From: Fistulifera solaris
Taxonomy: Eukaryota
Assembly: GCA_030295235.1 (NCBI GenBank)
Contig: AP026138.1
Span: forward strand, 310,001-374,000
Reading direction: 5' to 3'
Length of the DNA stretch: 64,000 nt
Shown: positions 11,601 through 24,593 of the stretch, in pieces
How the letters are laid out: every line of letters starts with the position of its first letter
How positions within the stretch are numbered: position 1 is the stretch's first letter
Made by a program: the position numbers and the translations under genes
The notes under the pieces: model-generated
What the model was told of the DNA's origin: nothing
Databases searched by the model: none
Seen by the model: only the letters and a program-made list of their open reading frames with translations

Positions 11601-14600
11601 TTAAGAAAGATGTCGGCGAAATGATGCAGCACCCGGACAACAATCATTGGCAACACCGGGAACACCTTTTCGTTATGAACGCTGGTAAATGTAAACGCCG
11701 CAACCTCTTTTTCGTCTACAGAATTGTAGACATTTGCAATGCAGTGCACTACTTGAATGAGCACGCGAAGAAGATTCACTGATTTCAAATGCGTGGAATC
11801 TGTCTCCTCGTCAGAACCAACTACCCAATCTGTAGTACTGCTATCGGAGTCGTAGAATTCATCAAGTTGAAGCGTATTTTCTCCCTCGGATGAATTTCGA
11901 AACATTCTCTGTGATGATGAACCTGAGCCACACAAACCGACTAAGACACAAGCCGTGGCTATCTTTAGTCGTTCGGCTGTAGACTGGTTGTCTACTAATG
12001 TGCCCGATAATGACCCCCAAATCCACAACAGGCTTTCACAAAGCACAGCGATGCAAGAGATACCTTTGCTGGATTCCGAGATGAGAGCGGAACGAACAAT
12101 TTGAAGATCTGCGACAAACACTTTACTCTCTGACAGAATCAGCCCCAAGTCGCAACTAGCTAATTCCACTAATTCGCATCGTCGACGAATGATCCTGCTT
12201 CGCAACGATCTTTGATTACGCTCGCACTCAGCAGCCATGACCTTTTCGATGACCTTTCGTTGCTGGCATATGAGTTCAATAATTCCGGAGACATACGATC
12301 TTTCGAGTAGCTTCTTCGATTCACTAATCTCTGTTCGTTTCCCTTGCAATATGCGTTCCAAATGCTGAATTGCACGAAATAAACGAATATCCTCCACAAA
12401 ATCGCCCTGTCTTGATTCATGCAAATCAAAAGCCTGAGACCACGTTAATGTGTGCTTCAAGCCTGCGCAAATAATTTTATTTGATGCAATACAATCGAGT
12501 TTGTCATTTGAGTCGTCCATCTCGCAGAGCAATGCGATCCGTTCAATAAGAAAGCGAAATAGAACGCTGTATTGCCGTAAACGGGATCGCTTCGATTCAT
12601 TCTCGCCCGACAATGCGCGCTCCTGATAATCGTCGAGAGATTCGTCGTCGCTATCACATTCCACTTTCTTGAACGTTATTTCCTCGGACGACTCGCCAAT
12701 TTGTACTTGTAGGTCTTCCCAAAGAGCCGATATAGAGCTGCATACACGTACAAGAAGATTAAGTACATCAAGGTCATGACCGGCCTTTGTTTGCAGCCAT
12801 GAGAGAAGTATCGTCAAAAGACATGGTCGTTGAAGGTCAAGAAAATAACCCACAGTCTCTATGCGACCGATAGGAACGACACTTTGAAACCACCCGCCCT
12901 TATTATGCCCTTTATCTGGGGTGTCCCAGATTGCCGAGGAAAGAAATGCTACCCCATGTTCATTGAGAAGATCTGAAACAAGCTCAGCGTGCTTGTCTGT
13001 ATCACTGCCTTCCTGGCTAGCATAGCGCTCAAGCAGTTCGCTTCCAATTGCGTCCAACGACATCAGATGTTCTCTTGTCAATACAAGATCACTTTCCATC
13101 CCGTTCATGGTTGCGATAACTTCAAGAAATCTTTCTTCGGTCTGAAGTAAAATCGACGAAGCTTGGACATCGTTTTTGAAACTCGACAGACTAGAAATAG
13201 TCAGTTCTTTCCACACCTGGCCCTTCCGAGACGGCGAAACCAGGTGGGGAGTAAAAACTGGTTGCAGTGGGAATGCTTCCAAGCACTTCATTGCCTCTTG
13301 AATAGCTTCCAACCCACGACTTTCTGCTTCGCGACTAGCTGTAACATTACTGGACAATCTTCCTTGCCACAAATACATCCCTGCATTCAGCCAGAAACAT
13401 CTAGCCTTCAAGTGAACCCATTCTTTCGATCTACAACATTCTGTTCCAAGTTTCGCTTCGAGAATCGGTAATTTGGCGATAAGACGCGGGGCCTTCGTAA
13501 TTACGACATTTCTATAGCCATCAAACTTGGCGTCATAAGCACATCCATCTTGTTCGCACTTAAGCAGAGACAATTCAGCATCAAGCAAGTCTACAGCAAA
13601 TAGCTCAAGCAGACCAAGTTCGGAAAAAGGCCCGGCGGGAGCATTCGACCAACAAACACTTCTCCCCCTCATCGTAGTTCATTACTTGACATATCACTTC
13701 AAAACTCTCGAGTATGATTGCCGAGAGAACATACGAGCTGTGATCATTTTGAAAGACGTCAGCAACATTCATTGCTACCTTCGAAACAAAATCGCAAAGG
13801 AGCTCTATACTCGATTGCGGTCGATCTATAGATGCTTGCACAAAGTCAAACAACGAGTAATCCGACGACAGGAAAGGTGGTCGAATACGACCGTGCTTCC
13901 TAAAGACTAGATTGTTGGAAGAATCGACTTGACCCGGTGCACGGGAGTATGCCGCTAAGGATGCATGACCCGCTTTGACGGCAGCTTGGTATTCCTCACT
14001 ATCTTCCGTGCAGCCGAAAATGGCGCCGAGGAGACAAAATTTTGTAGAAGACCGACGATTTTCCCTCTCCGCTCGCTTCCCGAAAGTGATGATTTGAGAA
14101 CGCACTCGCTTGGAAACTCTATTTGCCGGAGCTTTTTCTTCCACTTTTGTTTCCGTACTTTCCGAGGTAACTTCCGACACGGCGACTTTTCGTGGTTTGT
14201 CAATGGCCGAGTCTTTTGGAACTTGCGATAGCGATTCACGGCGTACCGCTTGATGATCGATGGCAGCTCGAGCAGCGACAATTGCCGACGACAGAGCATG
14301 ACAGGTTGCTTCAAAACGATGGATGTCAGCGGGTTGCAGGTAGAGACAAATTCCTCCCAGAACATTAGAAGGCAATGCCAGTAAAGGCGATAGCTTTAAG
14401 GAAACGTTGGGAGAACATTGTATGGAAAGACCCTCCTGCTGTGAACCCTCCGAACAAAGCCGCAACAGCATACGACCGACATGCGACCAGGAATAGCGCA
14501 ATACCGGAATATCCATCACTCGTATAGGTTCGTGCTTCACCTTCAAATCAGCCACATATTCCATGCCAGCATTCGTTTCCTCTTCCATTTCCCATTCTTC

Positions 14601-15536
14601 CAAGGCACGCTGTGCCATGCGATATGGAGGAACACCGACAGGGAGTGCCGAAACCGCTTGTTCCAGAGCATACTGTTCCAAGTGACGGTACTGGGTACAC
14701 GACAATAGGCGACCCAAGCGCCGAGCCGCACAAGCCAATTTGAGCCACACCGTTGGATCCGTGCCATCGATCGAGGTCGCATCCAAGTACGCCACCAATG
14801 CCAAGCGTACAGTGACACTTTCTGGCTCCTTCACGACCGATACTGGGACCAACGTAGTATTATTGCTTCCATCATTCTCCACTGGTTGCTGGTTCTCGGC
14901 ATCAATCGGATCCAGAGCACCTTGCTGAATTGGAGCGTCATTTGACGAATTGACGAGAACCTTCACAGTATTTGGTGCGTTCAGCGTCTCGAAAACTGGC
15001 GTCTGTCCAGGTACATTGCGGCTCATCTCGACCCAAGCGGTATCGGCACGAAACGGAGTTAACGGTTGGACGACTCCTCGATCCAAAATCCCGGAACTGG
15101 CCGGAGTGTCACCACCACCACCACATCCCGCCAACAACAGATCCGCATAATTCACCAGTGACAGATACGCCAACTTTTCGACCGTCTGTTGATGACCCGC
15201 GGAACGCAATTCGACCGTTTTTCTTCCGGCGCGCCTGCGCCGGTAACGTTGATTCCACAAAGGCGCATGCGTGTCCGCAATCCAAGGATCCCTGGCAATG
15301 GCTTCTTCAAATACCTTTCGCGCCGCCTGACCGACTTGTCGCAATTTTACTATATCATTTTCCTCTACAGAACAGACCTTATGCCAGGCTCCCACGCAGG
15401 TCATGGCCGTATGGTAGGCTTTGGATAAGCGATTCAAGGCCGCTTCGACCGTTTCCTCCGCGTGTCGTCGACTGTCGCGGGGAGAATCATTCTCTCTTTG
15501 AACGACGTTGGCGCCTTGCCATGACATGCTTGCCAA
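8621..15536 (-). CDS. CABIN1: CABIN1/Hir3 (HIRA histone chaperone complex TPR subunit)
   Basis: N-terminal TPR-like DGTDPTVWLKLACAARRLG and C-terminal SVYRLHASRLK / PYFHRSVYRHA. ORFs 13605-15536, 10424-13672, 10180-10533, 8794-10155 and 8621-8878 are joined by homopolymer frameshifts (~13665, ~10435, ~8798) and an intron 10129-10191. Confidence 0.75.
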
Positions 15537-16188
15537 TATACAACTGCTTTGCTTTATCTCCGGAGGGTGGTTTTTTTACAGTCAACAGGCTTTGTGATAA
15601 AAATGATGAAAATGATTGTCATCACATTCATTCTTCGCATTATTTGCTGCGACAATAAAAAGGACGAGATCCTTGAATAACGGTACGATAGCAACAAGTA
15701 AAGATCTCGTTTTGATTTATAAAGTTCGATACCGAAAGTTACATAGTGCGAAACATCATCAACATGGCCTTGCGATGCACCATGTAACAAAAAGTAATAA
15801 CCTATGCCATGTAAGGCTTGCTATTTAGAACCAAGCTATAAAGCTAGAACTAGCTAGAAGCATAATTTTTAAGTTGTACAAGGTAATTGCTACAAAATAG
15901 TTTCTGCTATCATCTTTCATCATTCGTCACTCCCAGTAGCTTTATTAACATTTCATGGCGAAAGAATGACGACGGATTGTTGAGGCCGAATGTTAGATCT
16001 GCCTTGTGAAGAAGGTGACCCTTGTTTTGTATTTGCGTTCCTCTGTCATACCCATGGAGGCGTACGCTTAACGTTTCATGCTTGGGTCTGCACACGAGTG
16101 TGATAATCATGATGGGAGGCACTCCTGCATGCATTCGTCTTCCAACTTGACTTGAAAACGACGAAACTCGTACAGTCCCCAGAAACCA

Positions 16189-17746
16189 TTACATCCCAAA
16201 AAAGTCTTGTAATAAACCCTCCATGTTTCGTAATCGGACCTTCTCGGCCGAACCGCTAGCTTTTAACACATCATGAGGACTGCGCAAATCCGATCGACCC
16301 ATTTCGGGTGAAGACCGCGCTTCGACCTTTTCCGTGGGAGTGGCCGATCTTCCCGGCATGGCTCGCACCGAACGGCCATCATGATCATACTTTGCAAGGG
16401 AAGAATAAACATTTCAGACAATCATCACATAATCGTATAGGTATTTTGCTTGAAAACATACCTTTCGTTGCAGCATTCGTCGAATTTCTTGCTCTTTCCG
16501 CATCACTTCTTCCATGAGTCGATTGTTCTTAGTCTCTTCAACTTGCACGAGATGCCTCCAATGATTCCGATCACTTTCTAGTTGCTCCAACTGCTTGGCC
16601 CATTCTCGCTCTCGGGCTTCCAAGGTGGCCTCCAGTTGTTGCCGCCCCTGCGACTCGAGTTGCAATCGGGCCTCCAAGTCGCCGTGGACGCGTTCCAATT
16701 GTGCTAACCGGCGATTCTGACTTTCTAGAATGCGGGCGTATGCTTTGATTTCATGTACCTCTTCGGTGACCAATCGTTCAAACAGAGGTGTCGGCGGATT
16801 CATGGGTGGATCGTGGCGCGTCAAACTGATGCGATTGCTCACGGGCGGATCTGGGTCATTCGTATTATTATTGGCGTAATCATCGTCCGCCGCCGCGTGA
16901 TTGCGATCATTGTAGTTTCTTCCACTCATTTCTGGAGTCGCCGTCTCGGGAAAGTCGCACTGCCGTTTTTGAAGTCTGCGTATTTCCGCCGTTTCGCGTT
17001 CCTTGCGCGCCTTTTCCGAATTCTTCTTTTCTTTTGTCGATAACTCTTTCTTCCGTTGTTCGGATGCGCTATTTTGAATGGAGTTGGATTGTAGAACCGA
17101 AGAAGAAGAAGATATTCGAGACGGCTCGAAGGATTTTGCGACCGGGGCTACCAACGGCACTTCTGCCCCTCCGCTTTCAATCGGTTGCGGCCGAATCAGT
17201 TTATCCTTTTGTGAATTAGCTGACGAAGGAAGAATTTGATTTCCTGTCAACAATACTTCATTTGCAAGGCAAAAACTGACGGCTTTATTCGAAAGTGAAA
17301 ACGCAGCCGCCGCTTCGCGTTGTTGCAAATTCATCGCGGATCTTTTTTTCGAGCGACGATTTTTTCGGAGCTGACCTACCCTTCGTGACTAAATCAGTCA
17401 CGTTTTCGGTTTGGGGTTTTACCGTCCCTTCTTCCGTTAACTTTGGAACATAAAGTCCGTTTTGCAAGCTTTCGTCATCTTCATTTTGATGAGAAGAAGG
17501 AAGAAGATGACCGAACAGTCCACGAGAAGATTCCGGGGCAGACGAGGATTGAAAAACTTGGTGCTTTTCCGTCGACGTTTTGTCAAGGCCTTTCGTGTCA
17601 AACGATGCAGAGAACGAGCTAATTGTCTTTCTTGCAGAATCTTGCATGATTTTGCTAAGAATAACACTCGCTTTCAACGTTTCTCTATCAGAGAATGAGC
17701 ACCCAGTTCGCCGCCTCGTCGCCACTGGAAAAGGTGTCATGTTCAC
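16189..17746 (-). CDS. Uncharacterised coiled-coil protein
   Basis: ORFs 17285-17746 and 16414-17334 joined at the T-run ~17345. Intron 16390-16461; last exon ends ...LLQDFFGM*. Heptad-rich segment PLFERLVTEEV...MLQRK. Confidence 0.65.
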
Positions 17747-18363
17747 GAGACAAGCAGTTTCAAAAATTGTTATCGGCTAGCTTCCTCTTACGACAAAAAT
17801 ACACAATGATGATGAAATTGAAACACCGTCCGAATTAACGCTTTTAGAATCAGTAACAATGGTGAAGTTTCTTATTCTCTTTTCTTCATCGATCGCGATG
17901 ACCATGCACCTTTCTGTCTTTCTTGTCTTGAAAAACTCGAAAAGAGAATGCGACTGAATACCTTTCCTTGTACATTCAAAATCACAGTCAATATAGTTGT
18001 CATACCATAGAACGTGTTAGACTTTTTACTCTATGTCGACTCATTTGATGTCATTGTCCGTTTTTCTGTCATATCAATTCTCATTGGTCCATTTTGAACA
18101 CGTCACCGTCGGGTGTCATGGATTATTTGCCCCAACCGAAGACAAGGCTAGAGAGAAAGACGTTTGAGTTTGACGTTTAACCCATAATCAATTTGACCCA
18201 GTCAATAATCAAAAAAGTAAGTCTACGAGGAATCATGAGCTTGTTTAGTTTATAGACTTATAAAAATGTTAATTTTCGACTATGTTCACGGATACGATTG
18301 CATAGCACTCCAGTGTTAACATTTTTAGGTAGAGGAACAAATAATTATTCGAGCTTCATCCCG

Positions 18364-20097
18364 TCACCGCCCAAATCGCTTACGTTTTTGCGCAACTGCA
18401 TACTTGTGCTTTCGACGCCAGTCCAGTGTCAAAATGCGACGCTGTGATGCCCAATCGACTTGGACTTGAGGATCTTCGCGGTAGGCAGCGATACCTTGAC
18501 TCCGAATACGGCTTCCATCGCCTTGTGAATAGAAAAAATTGACATATGCGTCTAGATCTTTGTCGGGAAAAGCGACTCCACGCCGACGACGTTTTTGTTT
18601 GGGTTCTTCAGTCTCTCTTTGCATCGGATCCGCCAGAATTGACTCGGGTGCCTTTTTTCTCCGTTCTCGCGACAGGAAGGTCTACAATTGTTTGCGCCAC
18701 TGTCGGCTTCGATTCTTGAACTTGAAATGAAAAAGAGAATGTACTTTGTTGAGCGGGAGCGCCGGCTAAAATACTCTCTAGCTCCCTGGACTCTTGCTCT
18801 CGATTTGCTTTGAATACCTGTTCCAATTTGTCCTGCTCGTATATCATTCCCGACGCGTCGACGTCTCCTGTCATGTCCCCTATGTTCATATCGGTCTCTG
18901 CTTCTTCTTCGCTAGACACTGATTCCTCTCTACTATCGTCATCCCTTTTCATCTCTACCTCTTCATCCTCAGTCGCTGATCCTGACACCGATGGCTCTAC
19001 GATAAATTTTTCGGATGACAGCTGCGTCGGATCGAAACGGACCATTTGGCCCATCTCCGTCCAACCCTTTCTCGTATCGCTGGATCCTTTCGCAATCGCC
19101 GTTTCACTCTGACCTACTTTCGAGTGCGGTTTCTTCCCTTCCAAATCTGGGAAAATTTGCGCGAGAATGTTCAAATTGCTTTGGACATCGTCTGCTGATA
19201 TCTTTTCTTGTTCCTCCTCCACTGAAGACGTATCGTCATGAATCTCATCCTTTAAACTTAAACTTTCCTCTTCACTGGAAGTAGCTTCCAGCTGTGCTTT
19301 GGTGCGTCCATGTAACCTTTTTTCGATCTGTCTCGCTGGATTTTTCTTTTTCTCCTACATCATTTTCATCATCCGAGGAGTCTGACCAGACGTAGCCACC
19401 ATTGCTTTTACTTTCTCGAACGTTGTTTTCCTTTGACGAGCTATTTGACGAAGTGGAAGAGGAATCGGTGTCTGAAACTTCGTTTTCTTCATCGGACTCT
19501 GATACATCCAGGGAAGCTGGGTGGCTGAGCGGCCGAGAAAACGAATCGTCTGTTTCTTTGAAACGAAGTAGAACGGCCCGGTTCCACGCAGATGAATTCA
19601 CCGTTTTGTTTTTTCTTCTCCCTAGTTTTTGCTTGCTTTCCAATAAGCCGCGTCCTCATTTTACGAAACGTCGACCAATCAGACACCTCGCACGGTTTCG
19701 TATCGACTTTCCACGATTCTTCACCATACCCCCGTCGAATTTTCAAATGCCTCGGAATCGGAACCGGTTCAGGGAGTTCTGTTTCTTCTTCTGCGGTGAA
19801 TGCAAGTCGTTCTGCGCGCTCTTTCGCAAGACGGTCCAAGTAGTGGGGCTTGGCAGCCTCCACCTTGAGTTTGCACCCTTTCCATTTCACGTTATTGTAG
19901 AGTTTGCGGATTGTCTCCAAAGCGGATACTCCAGGTTGTAGGGAGATTGCATTAAAATGACAATAAATTGATGAAAGACACATATCTTGAAGCTCCACTT
20001 TGTCTTTGACATCGGCTGCCATTCGATGCATCACCTCCTCGACAGTCAAACGCGGAGGATCTACACCGCCGACGTAAATTCGTTCCACTTCGACCAT
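18364..20097 (-). CDS. NOL8/Nop8-like nucleolar RRM protein
   Basis: RIYVGGV...YNNVKWKGCKLKVEAAKPHYLDRLAKER RRM; C-terminal WASQRRILTLDWRRKHKYA. Frameshifts at ~19610, ~19320 and ~18655. Confidence 0.75.
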
Positions 20098-20621
20098 TAT
20101 TCTGTGAGTTAAAGCGGGTGCTTCTTTTGCGGAAGGAACAATGGTTCTCACTGGAACAGGTGGAGCGGTAAATTTCGAGATAACGACTCGTCTCGAGGCG
20201 AAAAAGATGCTGAAACTAGAATGGCAGCGTGCATTTGCCGTCAATAAGGAAAACGGTGCTTGGTGCTTGTTTATTGTTGCAGATTTTTCGGTGCAAAAAA
20301 ATATTGCGCGGAGGAGATTTCCGTGGAACAGAAAGCGGGCGACGGACAAGCGCCAATGAGCTATGACGATCCTTGATCTTCTCAACCCGCTGAGTTATAG
20401 AATACCTATTGCTAATTGCTTCTTAATTTACAGGATGAAATTGCGACCAACACTAACATTATACTATGATTCAACTACAAAGTGTTCACCAAACGCTTTG
20501 CGACTTAAACTCCACAAGACGTGAATGGTTATCAGGGGTGGCGTGAATTAATGTAATTGTTTCAATCGTTCCATTTTGTCACAAGCGGCATCACGGCACT
20601 GGCCCAAGATCTCGTAACACA

Positions 20622-21278
20622 TTAAAATGCTATCTTCCTTTTGTTCTCTTGCAACAAGTGAAGATAGGAATTCAAGGCAGCTATGGTTAAGCACAAAAGA
20701 CCGGTGTCAGACGACCTCGTACGCCTCATGTCCAGGAATGAAAGAGCGGCCTTTTCAGAAAAGTGAAGGGCGTCTTTTGAACTTAACGCTATCTTTTCAC
20801 AACAAAATAGACCAATTGCAAGATTGTGCTCCATGATTGCCACTTGTTGACGGAGACAATTAGAGGGCAGCTCGCGCATCTGTATCAGAAGTGCAATTAA
20901 AGATGATGGGGCTGTTTCAAGAATGTGTTGCAAAACATCGTCGCGCTGCGTGCTGCATTCGATAAGTTTACCATTATCGTTGCTGGCATCCAAAACTTCC
21001 AGCACTAGTTGTACTGACTTCTCAGAGTGCGGATGGGTAATGTTGTACCAAACACGTGTCATAGTTGTTTGCAAGTATTTGGCCGAAACCCCTTTGCCGA
21101 GACTGACTCTTCGGATTAATAAGTAAGCGTCTTGAAAAGTAACAACGGCCTGCGAGTAGCAGTTCTGCAGAAGGAACTGAATTCCGATATTGTTGAAGAA
21201 TAAGGCCGCTTCGAGACATCGGCTTCTCGAAGCCGATGTCCTGTCGATCCTTGTTCGCTTCGAACGTTCGAATTTCAT
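20622..21278 (-). CDS. Hypothetical TPR-like protein
   Basis: Open frame with AALFFNNIGIQFL...AVVTFQDA and IMEHNLAI helical motifs. The 3' end may be frameshifted. Confidence 0.5.
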   Translation of the reverse strand: MKFERSKRTRIDRTSASRSRCLEAALFFNNIGIQFLLQNCYSQAVVTFQDAYLLIRRVSLGKGVSAKYLQTTMTRVWYNITHPHSEKSVQLVLEVLDASNDNGKLIECSTQRDDVLQHILETAPSSLIALLIQMRELPSNCLRQQVAIMEHNLAIGLFCCEKIALSSKDALHFSEKAALSFLDMRRTRSSDTGLLCLTIAALNSYLHLLQENKRKIAF

Positions 21279-21618
21279 GATCAGTGTTTGCTTTTGCGCT
21301 CGTCTCTGAGAAAGAAAATAACTATGGTAACTGAAGCGTTTATTTGTGCTTCTCGTCTCCAATTATGCTCGAGTCGTTTGTTTTTTCTTCACGCCAATCA
21401 ATCTTTCTTCTCTCATACAAACGTGCTCGAGGAGAGAAAAATGTTGTCAAAAATCCAAAATGTACTATCATTCGTATTGTCGAATGCAAGTTGAACCTAA
21501 ATCTGTTATATGTTATATACTGATCTTCAGTAAAGACTCCTCGATAGCGGGACGAAGGAAAAGAAGACAGAAGTAGTGATACGCCATACAGGATAGTACA
21601 AGGCAACAGCACAGTTGT

Positions 21619-21844
21619 GGATAGAGGATAGAGGATAGACTCAACACACAGTACTTCGTATGGAGAACGGAGAAGACTTCTTCGGGATTCTCCAGTTCTT
21701 TGCTCTACAGTAGGTATTCAACATATTCAACATTCAACATTCAACGAAAAATACAAAATACGGAATACGGACTACGGACGGAGTAAATCAGAATGCGGAC
21801 AGACGACAGACGACACGTGCTTGAAGCTAAGTTGTTAGTTGTTA
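21619..21844. repeat. Patch of independent 7-bp tandem micro-duplications
   Basis: (GGATAGA)3, GGAGAAC/GGAGAAG, (ATTCAAC)3+1, (AAAATAC)2-GGAATAC-GGACTAC, (GACAGAC)2, (AGTTGTT)2. Confidence 0.8.
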
Positions 21845-22218
21845 CGGAGTACTGTACCAGGTAAACCTTAGTTGTTATAGAGCAAACCGCCCTCGGAACT
21901 TAGTCTCCCGCTTGGGCCGCTCACCGATTGAAAACGGAAAAGCTTGTGGAAGTTTTGTATTACGGTACGAGTTGTCGGTGCCGGTCGCAGGCTGACGGGT
22001 GACAATTCATTGTTGACAACGACCTACACTAGAGACGTTGCGCAAAGTACTTTAATTTTTTGAGACCTTATTCCCGACAAAAGAATTTCATCGCCTCCTT
22101 TGACGAAGTTAACTAGACAACTAGAATCGTAGAGTTATAGTGCCCCTTTCATTGGCGATGAAAGGGGGTAGAACGGCCGGCCAACCCACCAAAAACTTCT
22201 TCAAGGCACTGAAAATTC

Positions 22219-23127
22219 TTACAACTCAAAGAAGATGGAGTGTAAACCAAAAAGAAGAAAGAGAATACCACCCGACAGAGCCACGGTTCGCTCCGAAATT
22301 CGAGCTGCCAACATTCTTCCACCAAGAACCGCCAACCCCGTACAAAAGAAGTGTCCTACCGAGCAACCAACTGTTACACCCCAGGGGTTGTGCGATGCAG
22401 CTAATGCAATAGTTGCTATTTGCGAACGATCGCCCCATTCAGCAACAAATGTCAAAGTGAGCGACTGCACAGCAATCTTGTACCAGGGAGTGTGTCGTTT
22501 GGCCACATACTTTAGGCCCTCCTCTTCATCGACATCATCATCGTCTTCATTCTCTCCATCTGCCTTTTTCTTCGATTGTAAACCCAGCTCTTCTTCTACT
22601 TCCTCGAGTTCGTCCGACGTTTTTCCCGCGTTCATTCCCCGTGCTTCATACAGCAGCTTGCAGCCAAAATAGAGAAACAATATACTTCCCAAAATGTGGG
22701 TGTATCTGCGCGGTAACACTTGCGGTAGCACCAGACCCATAGCTGTCGACAAGATGGTCATGATAACGAGAGCAGCTATCGCCCCACCAAACACCGCGGA
22801 TCGACTGTGCTTCATGGATAAAATAGCCGCTATAAAGAACGTTTTGTCACCAATTTCGGTAGCCAGAATGACAGCAACGCCCGAGGTGAACGATTTCCAG
22901 AACCGTTCATGCACTTGTTGTCCTTCCGAGGAAGACGGCCACCATTTGGGTTGCAGCAACTCGTAGCCAGCAATGAACTCTGGTCGATCAATTGTTCCGT
23001 CGTGATTTTTGTCAAATTGTTGAAATAAGTCGTCGGCTGCATCGCCAGCGACCAATACAGACAGAGATAGACAGAGCACAACCATCCACCAAAAATGGAG
23101 TCGTCTACCGGCCACTGAGTTCATCAT
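22219..23127 (-). CDS. GDT1: GDT1/TMEM165 (UPF0016) Ca2+/Mn2+ transporter with N-terminal EF-hand
   Basis: EIGDKT and EWGDRSQ signature motifs, acidic central loop, signal peptide, EF loop DKNHDGTIDRPE. Confidence 0.93.
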   Translation of the reverse strand: MMNSVAGRRLHFWWMVVLCLSLSVLVAGDAADDLFQQFDKNHDGTIDRPEFIAGYELLQPKWWPSSSEGQQVHERFWKSFTSGVAVILATEIGDKTFFIAAILSMKHSRSAVFGGAIAALVIMTILSTAMGLVLPQVLPRRYTHILGSILFLYFGCKLLYEARGMNAGKTSDELEEVEEELGLQSKKKADGENEDDDDVDEEEGLKYVAKRHTPWYKIAVQSLTLTFVAEWGDRSQIATIALAASHNPWGVTVGCSVGHFFCTGLAVLGGRMLAARISERTVALSGGILFLLFGLHSIFFEL

Positions 23128-23508
23128 CCTTTAGAGTATTGCGACAGATTCTTATTGACAAAGTAGCTTGTTCGAAACGATAAAACCTAATTCGTGTCGT
23201 ACTTGGCCGCTCGACCTCATGGTCAAAAGTGTCCGTTTTATTGCGCTTGTGTCTTGCTTTTTTTCGTCGTTTGTTTTTTGTTTCAGCTTGGTCAACGTGC
23301 TTGAACAAAATTTACGTTTGCAACGCTTCTGAATTCCAGATTCCGTTCTACAATGACATTATCATGTCGCATACGACATGCGAAAATGAGGTCACGCTTT
23401 ATCCGCCCACCCTCACAAACACAAAAGAGGTGCAGGTGCAGCTGCAATCGATGATCATCCAGTTGGAGCAACACTTAAATAATTTGCACATAGCAATCAC
23501 CACTTAAA

Positions 23509-23798
23509 ATGATAGAAGTCATTTTGGACGACCGCCTCGGGAAGAAAGTACGGATCAAATGCAACGAGGATGATACCATCGGGGACGTGAAAAAGTTAGC
23601 GGCAGCGCAACTAGGAACGAGACCGGAAAAGCTACGTATTCAAAAATGGTATACCATTTACAAAGATCATATCACACTAGAAGACTATGAAATTCATGAC
23701 GGCATGAGTCTTGAGTTGTAAGTGCAGCAAGTTTTCGATCACTCTTGTCCCACTGGAAGCGTGCTCATAAATTCTCAATTTTCAGGTATTACCAATAA
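23509..23798 (+). CDS. UBL5: Ubiquitin-like protein 5 / Hub1
   Basis: [26 protein letters not shown]...IHDGMSLEL; intron 23718-23785 gives the canonical end LELYYQ*. Confidence 0.97.
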
Positions 23799-24593
23799 GA
23801 ATACTCGCTCAATACGGACTCAGTACATCTCCCTTGAAGAAGAAGTTGGACTTGTATGTTAGTTACTCCGGAGTAGTTGACAGCAAATCCTAGATTCGAA
23901 TGAACGAAGCATTTAGCATTCTTCATTCGTCAGGGTTGAGGGTCGAATAACCCGGGTGACAGACTAACGATGACGTCGTGCAACGCCGGGGCGTTTACGG
24001 CGTGACAGTACAACTTCTACTTATTTGATAGTGAAAACCGGCATGAAAAATTTAATTAGACACATTTTTTGAATACGGACGTCACTTATGTAATTCCGCT
24101 TGCGTGCACTGAATTTGGATGGACATCTCTACAGTTAAGATCATATTAGAGGCAGGGCTGGCGCGTGGATCCCCAGTTCAAAACGTGGCCGCTGGCAACT
24201 CCTGCTCTTCTGCTTTGTTCTTTGCCCATTCGCTGGTACAAAGTCTACAGAGCGGCTACGCCGTCTCGTCACGGCAACAACAGCCAGGAGAGCACATCGA
24301 TGCGATTACGTTTTGCGTAACTTGCACCCTGTGACGAGGAAAGCATCCAACCTATCTTTTGCAAAGCTTTGTTGTTTTTCTTATTCAAATAAGAAATACA
24401 GCAGCGTTCAGCAAAAGGCTCGACTAGATCATTCTTGAACCGTTGGAAGCTGTCGGTTTTTCGAGTCAATCCTCTGCACGAATCATCATCGCGTAAAATC
24501 AGTGCGAGACTCACTTTCTTCAAAAGGACTTTTCTTACCGACTCCAGTGACATCGTATTCATTACAGCGGTCTTCCAATCATTTAACTGTAGT

